From positions 209,432-273,431 of the forward strand of contig JAPLZK010000004.1 of assembly GCA_026395055.1 (NCBI GenBank): a stretch of 64,000 nucleotides of DNA. Direction: 5' to 3'. Numbering within the stretch: the stretch's first letter is position 1; the number at the start of each line of letters is the position of its first letter. This DNA comes from Candidatus Uhrbacteria bacterium (GTDB lineage: Bacteria > Patescibacteriota > Patescibacteriia > UBA9934 > GWF2-40-263). Under the pieces are notes generated by a model. It made no database searches. It worked only from the letters and a program-made list of their open reading frames with translations, and had not been told where the DNA came from. The position numbers and the translations under genes are program-made. Of the stretch, positions 40,888 to 50,994 are shown in pieces.

Positions 40888-42147
40888 ATGTCCTACAAAA
40901 TCGAATCCATTCATGCGCACGAGATTCTTGATTCACGTGGAAATCCAACGGTAAATGTCACGGTGCTTCTTGAAGATGGAACAAGTGGATCCGCGTCTGT
41001 CCCAAGCGGGGCATCAACAGGAATTCATGAAGCGCTTGAATTGCGTGATGGAGACATGAAGCGTTATGGAGGACAGGGGGTGTTGAAGGCCGTAAAGAAT
41101 GTAAATGGTCCTATTGCAAAGGTGCTGATTGGAATGGACGTTACGGATCAGCGCAAACTAGATGTAACCATGATTGCGCTTGACGGAACACCAAACAAAT
41201 CGAAACTTGGAGCAAACGCGATTCTTGGTGTCTCGCTTGCGTGTGCACACGCAGCGGCACGTGCAAAGAAAATGCCGCTGTACGCATACCTTCGATTGGC
41301 ATTCGATTTGCCCTACAAAAATTACCGCATGCCAATTCCAACCATGAACGTGTTGAATGGGGGGGCACACGCAGGATGGATTTTGGATTTTCAAGAGTTC
41401 ATGATTGTTCCAACCCAAAAGAAATTCAAAGAACGTGTGCGTTGTGGGGCAGAAATTTTTCACGCCCTTGGCGGACTCTTGAAGAAAAAAGGCTTTTCAA
41501 CATTGAAAGGAGATGAGGGTGGGTACGCAGTTCCATTTAAGAAGAACGAAGATGCCTTTGTGGCGATCATGCAAGCAATCAAACTTGCAGGGTACAAAGC
41601 AGGCAAAGAAGTTTTTCTTGCAATGGATCCAGCTGTCTCTGAACTTTTTGATAAAAAAACAAATCGTTACAAACTTCGTGTCGACAAGAAGTCGAATACT
41701 TCAAAAGACATGATTGCGATGTGGACAAAGTGGCTCAAGAAGTATCCAATCATTTCTCTTGAAGATGGATTGGATCAAGATGATTGGGCTGGATGGACAG
41801 AGATGACCAAGCAACTTGGAAAGAAAACTGTTCTTGTTGGCGATGACTTCTTTGTCACAAATTCAAAACGTCTCGCACAAGGAATCGAAAAGAAAGCGGC
41901 GAACGCAATTCTAATCAAGCTGAACCAAATTGGTTCCTTGTCCGAGACGATCGACACAATCTTGCTCGCGCAACAATACGGCTACAAAGTTTCCGTTTCA
42001 CACCGCTCTGGAGAAACGGCAGACACAACGCTTGCGGATCTTGCGGTTGCGGTGAATGCGGACTATATCAAGACGGGATCCTTGTCGCGCTCTGAGAGGC
42101 TCGAAAAATATAATCGTGTGATGGAGATTGAAGAAGAGGTCTCGTAA
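40888..42147 (+). CDS. eno: enolase
   Basis: DSRGNPT, VPSGASTG, GDEGG, SHRSGET. Confidence 0.98.
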   Translation: MSYKIESIHAHEILDSRGNPTVNVTVLLEDGTSGSASVPSGASTGIHEALELRDGDMKRYGGQGVLKAVKNVNGPIAKVLIGMDVTDQRKLDVTMIALDGTPNKSKLGANAILGVSLACAHAAARAKKMPLYAYLRLAFDLPYKNYRMPIPTMNVLNGGAHAGWILDFQEFMIVPTQKKFKERVRCGAEIFHALGGLLKKKGFSTLKGDEGGYAVPFKKNEDAFVAIMQAIKLAGYKAGKEVFLAMDPAVSELFDKKTNRYKLRVDKKSNTSKDMIAMWTKWLKKYPIISLEDGLDQDDWAGWTEMTKQLGKKTVLVGDDFFVTNSKRLAQGIEKKAANAILIKLNQIGSLSETIDTILLAQQYGYKVSVSHRSGETADTTLADLAVAVNADYIKTGSLSRSERLEKYNRVMEIEEEVS

Positions 42148-42151
42148 TGCT

Positions 42152-42694
42152 ATGGATGTTGAACGCCGCGAAACCCCACAATCGTTTGAAGTCACGGAAG
42201 CATCTGTGCAAGACGCAGAACGTCTTGCACAGATTCAGGCCGAGTCTTGGATCGCAACGTATCCAAATGCGGAGATTCGTCTCACAGAAGAAGATGTGCG
42301 AAAAAAATTTGAGAATGCGGAAAAAAGAATTGCACGCTGGCGCGAACGTCTAGAGAAGCCAGCCGAACGTGCACAGGTGTTTGTCATTAAAGAGGGGAAG
42401 CGTGTGGTTGGTTATTGTGCGGTCGAGAAAGGCGAAACCGAAAATCATGTAGATGCGCTTTATCTTGATCCGTCGTTTCGCGGAAAGCATGCGGGTTCAA
42501 CGGTTTTTCGCGAATCTCTTGCGTGGTTAGGCGAGAATAAACCGGTTGCTCTGGAGGTTGCTTCCTACAATGATCGTGCAATTGATTTTTATAAACGATT
42601 TGGATTCGAAGACATTGGTGATGGAGAACCTATTCTGGTCATCGACGATAAATTTTTGCCCATCACCAACATGTGTCGACCGTCAAAACAATAA
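42152..42694 (+). CDS. GNAT acetyltransferase
   Basis: LYLDPSFRGKHAG, NDRAIDFYKRFGF. Confidence 0.88.
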   Translation: MDVERRETPQSFEVTEASVQDAERLAQIQAESWIATYPNAEIRLTEEDVRKKFENAEKRIARWRERLEKPAERAQVFVIKEGKRVVGYCAVEKGETENHVDALYLDPSFRGKHAGSTVFRESLAWLGENKPVALEVASYNDRAIDFYKRFGFEDIGDGEPILVIDDKFLPITNMCRPSKQ

Positions 42695-42702
42695 TTGTCT
42701 CT

Positions 42703-44283
42703 ATGTCCGATCAAATAAAAAAACCAACCGTTCTCATGATTCTCGATGGGTTTGGTGTTGCGCCCGCGTCGGATGGAAATCCCATCATGAGTGCAAACAT
42801 GCCGAATTTTAATAAGTATATTCGCATGTATCCAACTATGACCCTCAAAGCTTCCGGTGAGGAAGTTGGTTTGTCGTGGGGGGAAATGGGAAATTCGGAA
42901 GTGGGTCACCTCGCAATCGGTGCGGGTCGTGTTTACTATCAACTTTTTCCGCGCATCAACCGCGATATTTTGGCGGGAGATTTTTTTCAAAAAAAAGAAT
43001 TACTTGATGCGGTAGATCACGTAAAAAAATTCAAAAGCAAATTGCATCTCATTGGCCAAATTAGTCCAGGAGGGATTCATGCCATGGACGAACACTGTTA
43101 TGCACTTCTCGAATTTGCAAAGAAGCAAGGAATTTCGGATGTGTACGTTCAAGCGATCGTGGATGGTCGTGATACCATTTACAATGCGGGAATTGATTTC
43201 ATTACAAATTTGCAAAACAAAATAAAAGAGATCGGCGTTGGAAAGATCGCGTCCATGAGTGGTCGTTATTTTGCGATGGATCGCGATAATCGCTGGGATC
43301 GTGTTGAGAAGGCATACAACGCAATGGTCCTCGGACAAGGTGAAATGGCAACCGATCCGATTGAAGCGCTGAAGGCTTCGTATCAAAAAGAGGTGTACGA
43401 CGAGCAGTTCGTTCCAACGGTTATCGCCGAGAACGGGAAGCCTATCGCAACGGTTGGCGAAAATGATGCGGTCATCTTTTTCAATTTTCGTCCGGATCGC
43501 ATGCGTGAACTGACAAAAGCATTTGTGATGCCAACGTTCGATTCGTTTGCGCGTACACATGTTGAAAATCTACTTGTTGTTACGATGGCCGAATACGAAT
43601 CCGGCTTGCCTGTTGAGGTCGTGTATCCTCCTGAGAAAATCGAGCAGTGTCTTGCACAAGTTTTTTCTGAGAGAGGGATGACACAGTTGCATATTGCGGA
43701 AACAGAAAAGTATGCGCACGTTACGTTCTTTTTGAATGGAACGCGTGAAGAACCATTTCCCGGAGAGGACAGACAAATTGTTCCGTCTCCAAAAGTTGCG
43801 TCGTATGATCTTGCGCCTGAGATGAGTGCGCGTGAGGTGACGGATCGTGTGGTGAAAGCGATTCAGTCAAACGCGTATGACTTCATTGCCATGAACTTTG
43901 CGAATCCGGATATGGTTGCGCATACGGGGATTATTGATGCAACGCGTAAAGCGGTTGAGTGTATTGATGAATGTGTTGGGAAGATTGTAGACGCTGCGCT
44001 TTCCCGTGATGGATTTGTTTTTATGACGGCGGATCATGGAAATGCAGAGGAGTTGAAAAACTTGCGTACAGGAGAAATGGATAAAGAACACGCAACAAAC
44101 CCGGTTCCATTTTTAATCATCGGAAAACCATTCGAAGGTCAACCAAGTATCGCGGGTGAAGTACCGGATGGAGATTTGTCTCTCATGTCGCCCGTTGGAA
44201 TGCTCGCCGACGTTGCGCCAACCATTCTTGCTGTGCTCGGAATTCCACAACCAGAGTTGATGACAGGGCAGCCGCTCGTTTAA
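42703..44283 (+). CDS. gpmI: 2,3-BPG-independent phosphoglycerate mutase
   Basis: MGNSEVGH, GRYFAMDRD, AETEKYAHVTFF, TADHGNAE. Confidence 0.97.
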   Translation: MSDQIKKPTVLMILDGFGVAPASDGNPIMSANMPNFNKYIRMYPTMTLKASGEEVGLSWGEMGNSEVGHLAIGAGRVYYQLFPRINRDILAGDFFQKKELLDAVDHVKKFKSKLHLIGQISPGGIHAMDEHCYALLEFAKKQGISDVYVQAIVDGRDTIYNAGIDFITNLQNKIKEIGVGKIASMSGRYFAMDRDNRWDRVEKAYNAMVLGQGEMATDPIEALKASYQKEVYDEQFVPTVIAENGKPIATVGENDAVIFFNFRPDRMRELTKAFVMPTFDSFARTHVENLLVVTMAEYESGLPVEVVYPPEKIEQCLAQVFSERGMTQLHIAETEKYAHVTFFLNGTREEPFPGEDRQIVPSPKVASYDLAPEMSAREVTDRVVKAIQSNAYDFIAMNFANPDMVAHTGIIDATRKAVECIDECVGKIVDAALSRDGFVFMTADHGNAEELKNLRTGEMDKEHATNPVPFLIIGKPFEGQPSIAGEVPDGDLSLMSPVGMLADVAPTILAVLGIPQPELMTGQPLV

Positions 44284-44286
44284 CGT

Positions 44287-44991
44287 ATGTCCGATATTGT
44301 CTCAACTCTAAAAATCCTGAAACGTCGTTTTCCAAATCCGGGTGCGATGGAACTTGGGAGTCCGTATCAGAATCTTGTGGGGGTAATGTTGTCGGCTCGG
44401 ACGCGAGATGAGCAGGTGTTGAAACTCATGCCAGGTTTTTGGAACGCGTTTCCGACAGTCGAGAAACTCGCGAAGGCAACAACGACGCAGATTGAATCTA
44501 AGATCAATACGATTGGCATGTATCGCCAGAAGGCGAAGAATCTAAAAAAGATGGCAATAGATGTCGTTTCGAATTTTGGTGGAAAGATTCCTTCGACCAT
44601 GGAAGACCTTGTGTCTCTCGCAGGGGTTGGTCGAAAGACGGCGAGTGTTGTGCTCGTATGTTCCTTCGATAAGACCGCGATCGCGGTGGATACACATGTC
44701 TTTCGTGTGACGAACCGACTTGGTTGGATCAAATCGAAGACCGTTGAAGATGCGGAGAAAAAGCTTCTCGAGATGGTTCCATCGAAGTATCATCAAACCG
44801 TGAATCGCGTATTCGTGAAACTTGGTCGATACATTTGTATTCGAAGTCCGCGTTGCTGGGCATGTCCCGTTCGAGAGCAATGCGCATTTAACAAAAAGAA
44901 TTTGGTGGCGCCAAAGAATGCGAACGAAATTCTGGAAGACATGGATCGACGAGAAAAGATTCTTGAGACATTAAGAGAAAACGCTACATGA
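44287..44991 (+). CDS. nth: endonuclease III
   Basis: HhH LAGVGRKTA, AVDTH, C-terminal 4-Cys motif. Confidence 0.9.
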   Translation: MSDIVSTLKILKRRFPNPGAMELGSPYQNLVGVMLSARTRDEQVLKLMPGFWNAFPTVEKLAKATTTQIESKINTIGMYRQKAKNLKKMAIDVVSNFGGKIPSTMEDLVSLAGVGRKTASVVLVCSFDKTAIAVDTHVFRVTNRLGWIKSKTVEDAEKKLLEMVPSKYHQTVNRVFVKLGRYICIRSPRCWACPVREQCAFNKKNLVAPKNANEILEDMDRREKILETLRENAT

Positions 44992-45560
44992 AAAATCTCG
45001 ACAAACAGATTTCAAAATGGGTTTATGACCGAGCACATGTGTCGCCTGTTTTGACGCTCCTCGCAAAATTCGGAGCAACGTATGCGATTGGACTCATGGT
45101 TCTTGTCGCCATGTTGTTTCTGTGGCAATCATCTTACGCAAGTGCAAATCCAATGGATTCCATTCAGCCGTTTCTCACAACGATCGGTCTTTCATGGGTG
45201 ATTACGCTTGCGCTACAGTTTATTGTTCGACGTCGTCGTCCATTTGAGTGTGCGATCTATGAAGCAAAGGTAAAGATGTTTTGTAAGACACCGTCGTTTC
45301 CCTCGGCGCATGCAACGATTACGTTTGCGACGGCTTCGTATTTCTTCAATCATTTTTTGTTTGGATATTTTGATCGTGCGTTTTTGTTTGCCGCAATCTT
45401 CTTTTTTCTTGTTGCGATCTGGGTTGCGCTTTCTCGTGTCGCGGTTGGGGTTCATTATGTTTCGGACATTCTTGTGGGGGCGTTGATTGGATTGCTTACA
45501 CCCTGGTTGTTTGTTCTCTTGCTGGTTCTGAGTTGTACATTTACGACAAATTGTATTTAA
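44988..45560 (+). CDS. PAP2 family phosphatase (undecaprenyl-PP phosphatase-like)
   Basis: RRRP, SFPSAH, SRVAVGVHYVSD. Confidence 0.88.
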   Translation: MKNLDKQISKWVYDRAHVSPVLTLLAKFGATYAIGLMVLVAMLFLWQSSYASANPMDSIQPFLTTIGLSWVITLALQFIVRRRRPFECAIYEAKVKMFCKTPSFPSAHATITFATASYFFNHFLFGYFDRAFLFAAIFFFLVAIWVALSRVAVGVHYVSDILVGALIGLLTPWLFVLLLVLSCTFTTNCI

Positions 45561-45577
45561 AAACGCGTAGCCAATGC

Positions 45578-45615
45578 GTCATCTTTCGATTTCGCTTCGC
45601 TTCACGCAAGATGAC
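45578..45615. repeat. REP-like imperfect hairpin
   Basis: GTCATCTT..TTCGCTTCGCTTC..AAGATGAC; single copy in window. Confidence 0.4.
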
Positions 45616-45624
45616 ACATACACT

Positions 45625-46113
45625 ATGTCCACACCAAAAATTGTTACCGTCTCCGGCGGATTCGACCCCATTCACATTGGCCACGTCCGTATGATTCGCG
45701 AAGCGCGTGCGCTTGGCGACGAGCTTGTGGTGATTTTGAATAATGACAAGTGGCTCATGCGTAAGAAAGGATTTGTGTTTATGCCGGAGGAAGAGCGAAA
45801 AGAAATCATTGAAGCGCTTGAGGGGGTCTCGAGAGTTGTTCTTACGAAGCATGTCGAGAACGATGCGGATACGAGTGTCTGCGAGGCGCTTCGAGAAATT
45901 CATCCGGATATCTTTGCAAACGGCGGTGATCGATTTGCAGATAATATTCCGGAAGCTGTGCTCGCTCGTGAACTCAACATCGAATGTGTATTCGGTGTTG
46001 GGCGAGGAGGAAAGGTTCAGTCGAGTTCATGGTTGACGGCGAAGGATCGCGATACGAAGATCTGTTTTTGTGGATCTGGTCTCGCATATGGAGCTTGTCA
46101 TGGAAATAAATAA
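45625..46113 (+). CDS. cytidylyl/adenylyltransferase (HIGH) with C-terminal SEC-C-like motif
   Basis: GGFDPIHIGH, ANGGDR, SSS; CFCGSGLAYGACHG. Confidence 0.85.
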   Translation: MSTPKIVTVSGGFDPIHIGHVRMIREARALGDELVVILNNDKWLMRKKGFVFMPEEERKEIIEALEGVSRVVLTKHVENDADTSVCEALREIHPDIFANGGDRFADNIPEAVLARELNIECVFGVGRGGKVQSSSWLTAKDRDTKICFCGSGLAYGACHGNK

Positions 46114-46119
46114 AAACCT

Positions 46120-47046
46120 ATGAAGAGAAAATTGTTTTTCGTGTTTGTTTTGTTTCTTGTGATCGTCGTTGTGATCGGCGGAAGTTTTGTGCACGATGTG
46201 TTTTTGATTTCGCCGAAGTCGGATGCGAAGCCGGTGGAGGTTGTTGTGACAGAAGGGGATTCTGTAAATGCTATTGATGTGCATTTAGAAAAAGCGGGTC
46301 TTGTATCACACCCTCTCTTCTTCAAATGGTTCGTCGAATTTACGCATACACAAACCAAGCTTCAGGCTGGAACGTTTTTTCTCACCCCTGGAACTTCGAT
46401 CGCCTCATTGGTTCTCCTTTTATCAAACGTCCAAAATGCCGAAGTGCAAGTGACGATCCCTGAGGGATTCACAAACGATCAGATTAAAGCAAAACTCGTC
46501 GAAGCATTTTCCAAGTTCGATACAATAGAATGGGACAAACAAGCCAGCTCTCTCGAAGGATCTCTTTTTCCAGACACGTATCGGTTCGCGAAGAATGCGA
46601 GCGTAAAAGAGATTGTGGAGAAGATGCGTTCCACGCTTGATCGACGATTGGTGGAAAACAACATTGATTTCTTGAATTGCGACATGTATCAACCTTCCAT
46701 GGGCTCTGTTAGTCCAACGCGATGTGATCTTCATGGCACGCTTGTCCTTGCATCTCTTATCGAGAAAGAAGTGCAGACACCAGAAGACATGAGACATGTT
46801 GCAGGAATATTTTTGAATCGTCTTGCGATCGGGATGCCGCTTCAGACGGACACGTCGAGCTATACGTATAAGAACAAAGGCCTGCCACCATCGCCAATCA
46901 ATAATCCTGGGATGAATGCGATTCTTGCCGTGCTTCATCCAGCACAAACAAAAGATTTATATTTCATCACGCTTCCGAATCATACAACCGTTTACGCGCA
47001 AACGTTTGCAGAGCATATCAAAAATCAACAAACCTATTTGAAGTAA
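46120..47046 (+). CDS. mltG: endolytic transglycosylase (shortened)
   Basis: TIPEG, EGSLFPDTY, ASLIEKE, GLPPSPINNPG. Confidence 0.9.
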   Translation: MKRKLFFVFVLFLVIVVVIGGSFVHDVFLISPKSDAKPVEVVVTEGDSVNAIDVHLEKAGLVSHPLFFKWFVEFTHTQTKLQAGTFFLTPGTSIASLVLLLSNVQNAEVQVTIPEGFTNDQIKAKLVEAFSKFDTIEWDKQASSLEGSLFPDTYRFAKNASVKEIVEKMRSTLDRRLVENNIDFLNCDMYQPSMGSVSPTRCDLHGTLVLASLIEKEVQTPEDMRHVAGIFLNRLAIGMPLQTDTSSYTYKNKGLPPSPINNPGMNAILAVLHPAQTKDLYFITLPNHTTVYAQTFAEHIKNQQTYLK

Positions 47047-47081
47047 AGAAAAACCCTCGAGAGGTTCGAGGGGGAGGAGAG

Positions 47082-47318
47082 TCACGGCGTGAGTGACACA
47101 AGGGGGGAAGGTGGACGAAGAAGTTTTCTGAGAGCAATGGACTCGATGTTTCGAATCTCCTGTTGGTCTACGCCAAACTGTGTGGCGATTTCTGCGTGAG
47201 AATAAATGGCTTGCTCTCCGACGCCGAATCGCATGCGGATGACTTTTTCTTCCCGCGGGCTTAGACGTGCCAAGACCCTGCGCAAGGCTTCGATCGCACG
47301 ATCGTTATACTCTGGCAT
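47082..47318 (-). CDS. stand-alone sigma70 region-4 domain protein
   Basis: LSPREEKVIRMRFG and IRNIESIALRKL match RpoD region 4; AGAGGT SD. Confidence 0.8.
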   Translation of the reverse strand: MPEYNDRAIEALRRVLARLSPREEKVIRMRFGVGEQAIYSHAEIATQFGVDQQEIRNIESIALRKLLRPPSPLVSLTP

Positions 47319-47367
47319 GGTTTACCTCTTTTTCGTTCGTTTGTTGCGTCTTCTACAACAGAACCCC

Positions 47368-47433
47368 AGTTCACCAAAAAAAAGCCGTATCGTCAAGCAA
47401 ACCATTGACAAACACGGCTTTTTTTGATACCTT
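47368..47433. promoter_or_regulatory. back-to-back mirror-image promoters
   Basis: TTGACG (minus, 47396-47391) and TTGACA (plus, 47405-47410), each followed by ACGGCTTTTTTT; plus-strand TGnTACCTT. Confidence 0.6.
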
Positions 47434-47471
47434 CCGGCCACGACGTCCACAAAAACACAAGGAGGTGTTGT

Positions 47472-48776
47472 ATGTCGAAAGTGGGAAATGTCCAAGGGGA
47501 CAGGCAAGTTGTGTCCGAGCTCGATCTGCATAATCCGCAGTTCGAACGGCGGTCATTCGTTCTTCGGATGCGTGGGTCAAAGGAACAGGAACTCACCATG
47601 CGTTTGCAGGTGCTCGTTCCGCACTCGATGTATTTGGTTCTCGAAGATGGCTATGGCCTGAAGTCGGGGCAGGTGCTCGTGCGCAATTTGGAGATGATGC
47701 GTCGACTCGGTTGCGCAGATGCTCCCTATGACAAGCAGATGTTCGTGCGTTACGACAATTTATTTGATGCGTGTCGCGCAATGTCGCGGTTGAATCCGAC
47801 TTACAAGGCGGAGGAGATTCCGACGATTGAAGCGTGGCAACGTGACCTCGATGGTCTCATGGAACTTACGTGGTCGCTCGAAGTGAAGGATGTTCAGGGG
47901 CAAAACGAGTACAAGACGCGTGCGTTTCAGGCTGTTGCGCCTCACGTAAACGTGGTCAACGTTCATAAGGTAGCGGCGCGCGAGCAGCATGGTCGCGCAT
48001 CAAAGCTCGAGGATCGTTCTGGTCGATTCAATCCGCATCGGTTGCCGCTCATGTTGCTTTCTGTCGACGTCGCTCTTTGGAAGCGGATTCGCGAAGCGCG
48101 TGGTATCGGACACCGTATGGATTTCCGTGCGATGGTGCTCGAGTTGTACATTCATAAGCTCTCGGAGATGGTGGAGGTTACGCGACTCGATCTGGCTCAG
48201 AAGCTCCGCAAGAACGGAGTGTTCGGGTTCGGGCCGAATCGTACGCCGCGTAAGGTGAGTGAAGTTGCGAACCTGTTGTATGCGACGGAAAAGCATTTGC
48301 GTACGCTTACGGCACGTCCGTTCTCGCGTGTGTTTCGAAACGTGGCAAAGGATCTTTCGGAAGCAGCGTCGTTGATGGAAGATGGAGCCACGAATCGTGC
48401 GCCGTCGAAGACCGACGAAGCAAAGCTCTTGTATGTGCATCGCGCGTATCGTTCGCTCGTGCTTGTGCAGAAGCGCTATTTGATTCAGGAAGTCTTGACG
48501 ACCGTTGCGGCGATTCATCACCGCAAGGAAGTCTTGTCCGATGAAGCGATCCAGGTCGCGAAGGATGTCATCGAAGCGTTCCTTGCGGATACCGCAAAGG
48601 ATGAACCGTTCACGAATGAACCGTTCGAAAAGGATTTCCGTCGTCCAGTTTTGCCTCGCGTGCGTGAACATCTCGCAAAGGCTCTCGAGCACCTGAACCT
48701 TGTGCGCGCCGAACCGCTCGGTGAACATACCAAGCATGTGCGCACTGAGCTGAAGTCTGCCGTCGCTCCACTCTAG
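47472..48776 (+). CDS. large helical hypothetical protein (orphan)
   Basis: 434 aa ORF; AAGGAGGT SD; terminator at about 48783-48811. Confidence 0.75.
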   Translation: MSKVGNVQGDRQVVSELDLHNPQFERRSFVLRMRGSKEQELTMRLQVLVPHSMYLVLEDGYGLKSGQVLVRNLEMMRRLGCADAPYDKQMFVRYDNLFDACRAMSRLNPTYKAEEIPTIEAWQRDLDGLMELTWSLEVKDVQGQNEYKTRAFQAVAPHVNVVNVHKVAAREQHGRASKLEDRSGRFNPHRLPLMLLSVDVALWKRIREARGIGHRMDFRAMVLELYIHKLSEMVEVTRLDLAQKLRKNGVFGFGPNRTPRKVSEVANLLYATEKHLRTLTARPFSRVFRNVAKDLSEAASLMEDGATNRAPSKTDEAKLLYVHRAYRSLVLVQKRYLIQEVLTTVAAIHHRKEVLSDEAIQVAKDVIEAFLADTAKDEPFTNEPFEKDFRRPVLPRVREHLAKALEHLNLVRAEPLGEHTKHVRTELKSAVAPL

Positions 48777-48865
48777 ACACTCACGAATCTCTCATATGAG
48801 GTTCGTTTTTTATTATCCCCTCATGTCTTTTCCACCCCTCGTGCCTCTGTTACAATAGGCCTGTT

Positions 48866-50977
48866 ATGAAAGAAATTATCCTCAAGGATTCGGTTGCATT
48901 CGACTCAAACATTGATTATCGCAAGGAATTGAATGAAGAACAGCTCGCGGTCGTGGAAAACGGCGACGGGGCGTGTTTGGTATTGGCCGGAGCAGGATCG
49001 GGCAAAACACGAACGATTACCTATCGTGTTGCCTACCTTCTCGAACGTGGCGTCTCACCGCAGAATATTTTGTTGTTGACGTTCACGAACAAAGCATCAA
49101 AAGAAATGCTCGCGCGCGTCGAGCAACTTCTCGGCTCCTATCCAAAAGGATTGTGGGGTGGAACGTTTCACTCGGTCGCGAATCGCATTCTTCGCATGTA
49201 TGCGGACGCGATTGGCTTCACGCAAAACTTTACGATTCTCGATAGTGAAGATTCTGAGTCGCTCATCAAAACGATTTTAAAAGAATTGAATGTCGACACA
49301 AGTGAGCGCAGATTTCCATCTGCATCAAAACTCAACTCGATTCTAAGTTACGCACGCAATGCCGGTCGATCAGTGAAACAGATCGTCGAGGAAAAACATG
49401 AACACTTCTTCGATTTGATCCCAACCATTCAGCGTATCGGTGAAGTTTATGAATTGCGCAAACGACAAGCGGACGCCATGGACTTTGATGACTTGCTTAT
49501 TCGTCTTCGCGATCTTCTTGTCCAGAATCCCGTTGTGCGCGATCGCCTTGCCACGCAGTTTGAATATGTTCTTGTGGATGAGTATCAGGATACGAACGTG
49601 CTTCAGGCACAACTGATCGCCATGCTCGCAAGCGTGCATAAAAATATTCTTGTCGTGGGTGACGATGCGCAGTCTATCTATTCGTTTCGTGCCGCCGAAA
49701 TTAAAAATATTTTATCGTTTCCAGATCAGTATGGAAGTGCAAAGACGTTTAAGTTAGTAACAAACTATCGTTCCAGTCCGGAAATTCTCTCCATCGCAAA
49801 CGAGTCTATTCACAATAATCGCAATCAATTTAAAAAAGATTTAACGGCTGTTCGAGAAAGTGCAGAAAAACCACAGCTTATTCCTGCAGCAAACGCACAA
49901 CAAGAATCGCAATTTATTTCGCAGCAAATCATTACGTTGCGTGACGCAGGGACGCCTCTTCGCGAGATTGCTGTGCTTTTTCGCGCCGCCTTCCACTCGC
50001 AAGCATTGGAGTTCGAGCTGATGCGCAGAGATATTCCTTATGAATATCGTGGCGGACTCAAGTTTTTCGAGAGAGCACACGTGAAAGACATTGTGATGCA
50101 TTTACGCCTCAAGGCGAACTTAAAAGATGAAGTAGCATGGATGCGGGTACTCGGATTGCAGACCGGTATCGGACTTGTGACCGCACAGAAGATGATTCAA
50201 CAGATTCATGGATTTGAATCCCTCGAAGAACTTGTCGAACATCCCATTGGAAGCGGCGCACGCGCATCGGCCGGATGGAAAACGCTTTCGACAACATTAA
50301 AAAAATTTACAACGCAATCAACTCCCTCAGAGTTGATTCGTACGGTTGCATCGAGCGAGTATCGAGCTTATCTCGAAGCAGAATACCCAGACTTCAATGA
50401 TCGTTGTGAAGATATTGAGCAGTTTGCGGTTTTCGCCGAGCAGTACAAAGATCTCACAACATTTTTGACGGATGTTTCACTCACGGCGGATTACGGAATC
50501 ATGACAGAGGAAACACATGGCGATGAAGAGCGATTGATTCTCTCAACCATTCACCAGGCAAAAGGACTCGAGTGGGACGCGGTGTTCATTATGAGTCTTG
50601 TTGATGGAAAGTTTCCAAATGGACGTGCGCTTGAAGAACGAGACGGTCTTGAAGAAGAACGTCGTTTGTTCTATGTCGCAACAACCCGCGCAAGAAAATA
50701 TCTTTACTACACGTACCCGCTCGTCTCTGGAACCGAATCACTTTTGTTCAACCAGCCATCGATGTTCCTTCAAGAACTTGATCCTGCTATGATGGAAGAG
50801 GTGAAATTAAAACGCGAGGTCGCAAAAACAACTTCGTGGAACACAACCGAATGGGATTCCTCCACCTGGGATTCGTCCGACAGTGATGATGGCCCCGCGA
50901 TTGTTCTTGATGATTTGGGGGAAGAGGTAAAGAAGAAGGGAATAAAATCAAGCGGGAGTTTTTTGAGGGATGTCTAG
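48866..50977 (+). CDS. UvrD/PcrA-family SF1 helicase
   Basis: AGAGSGKT, DEYQD, GDDAQSIYSFR, STIHQAKGLE, EERRLFYVATTR. Confidence 0.95.
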   Translation: MKEIILKDSVAFDSNIDYRKELNEEQLAVVENGDGACLVLAGAGSGKTRTITYRVAYLLERGVSPQNILLLTFTNKASKEMLARVEQLLGSYPKGLWGGTFHSVANRILRMYADAIGFTQNFTILDSEDSESLIKTILKELNVDTSERRFPSASKLNSILSYARNAGRSVKQIVEEKHEHFFDLIPTIQRIGEVYELRKRQADAMDFDDLLIRLRDLLVQNPVVRDRLATQFEYVLVDEYQDTNVLQAQLIAMLASVHKNILVVGDDAQSIYSFRAAEIKNILSFPDQYGSAKTFKLVTNYRSSPEILSIANESIHNNRNQFKKDLTAVRESAEKPQLIPAANAQQESQFISQQIITLRDAGTPLREIAVLFRAAFHSQALEFELMRRDIPYEYRGGLKFFERAHVKDIVMHLRLKANLKDEVAWMRVLGLQTGIGLVTAQKMIQQIHGFESLEELVEHPIGSGARASAGWKTLSTTLKKFTTQSTPSELIRTVASSEYRAYLEAEYPDFNDRCEDIEQFAVFAEQYKDLTTFLTDVSLTADYGIMTEETHGDEERLILSTIHQAKGLEWDAVFIMSLVDGKFPNGRALEERDGLEEERRLFYVATTRARKYLYYTYPLVSGTESLLFNQPSMFLQELDPAMMEEVKLKREVAKTTSWNTTEWDSSTWDSSDSDDGPAIVLDDLGEEVKKKGIKSSGSFLRDV

Positions 50978-50994
50978 AATGTAAAATAAAATGT

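Noticed and set aside
44830-44890. Nth Fe-S motif spacing C-X5-C instead of C-X6-C
   Set aside because: All four Cys and the catalytic Lys/Asp are present; this is minor variation.
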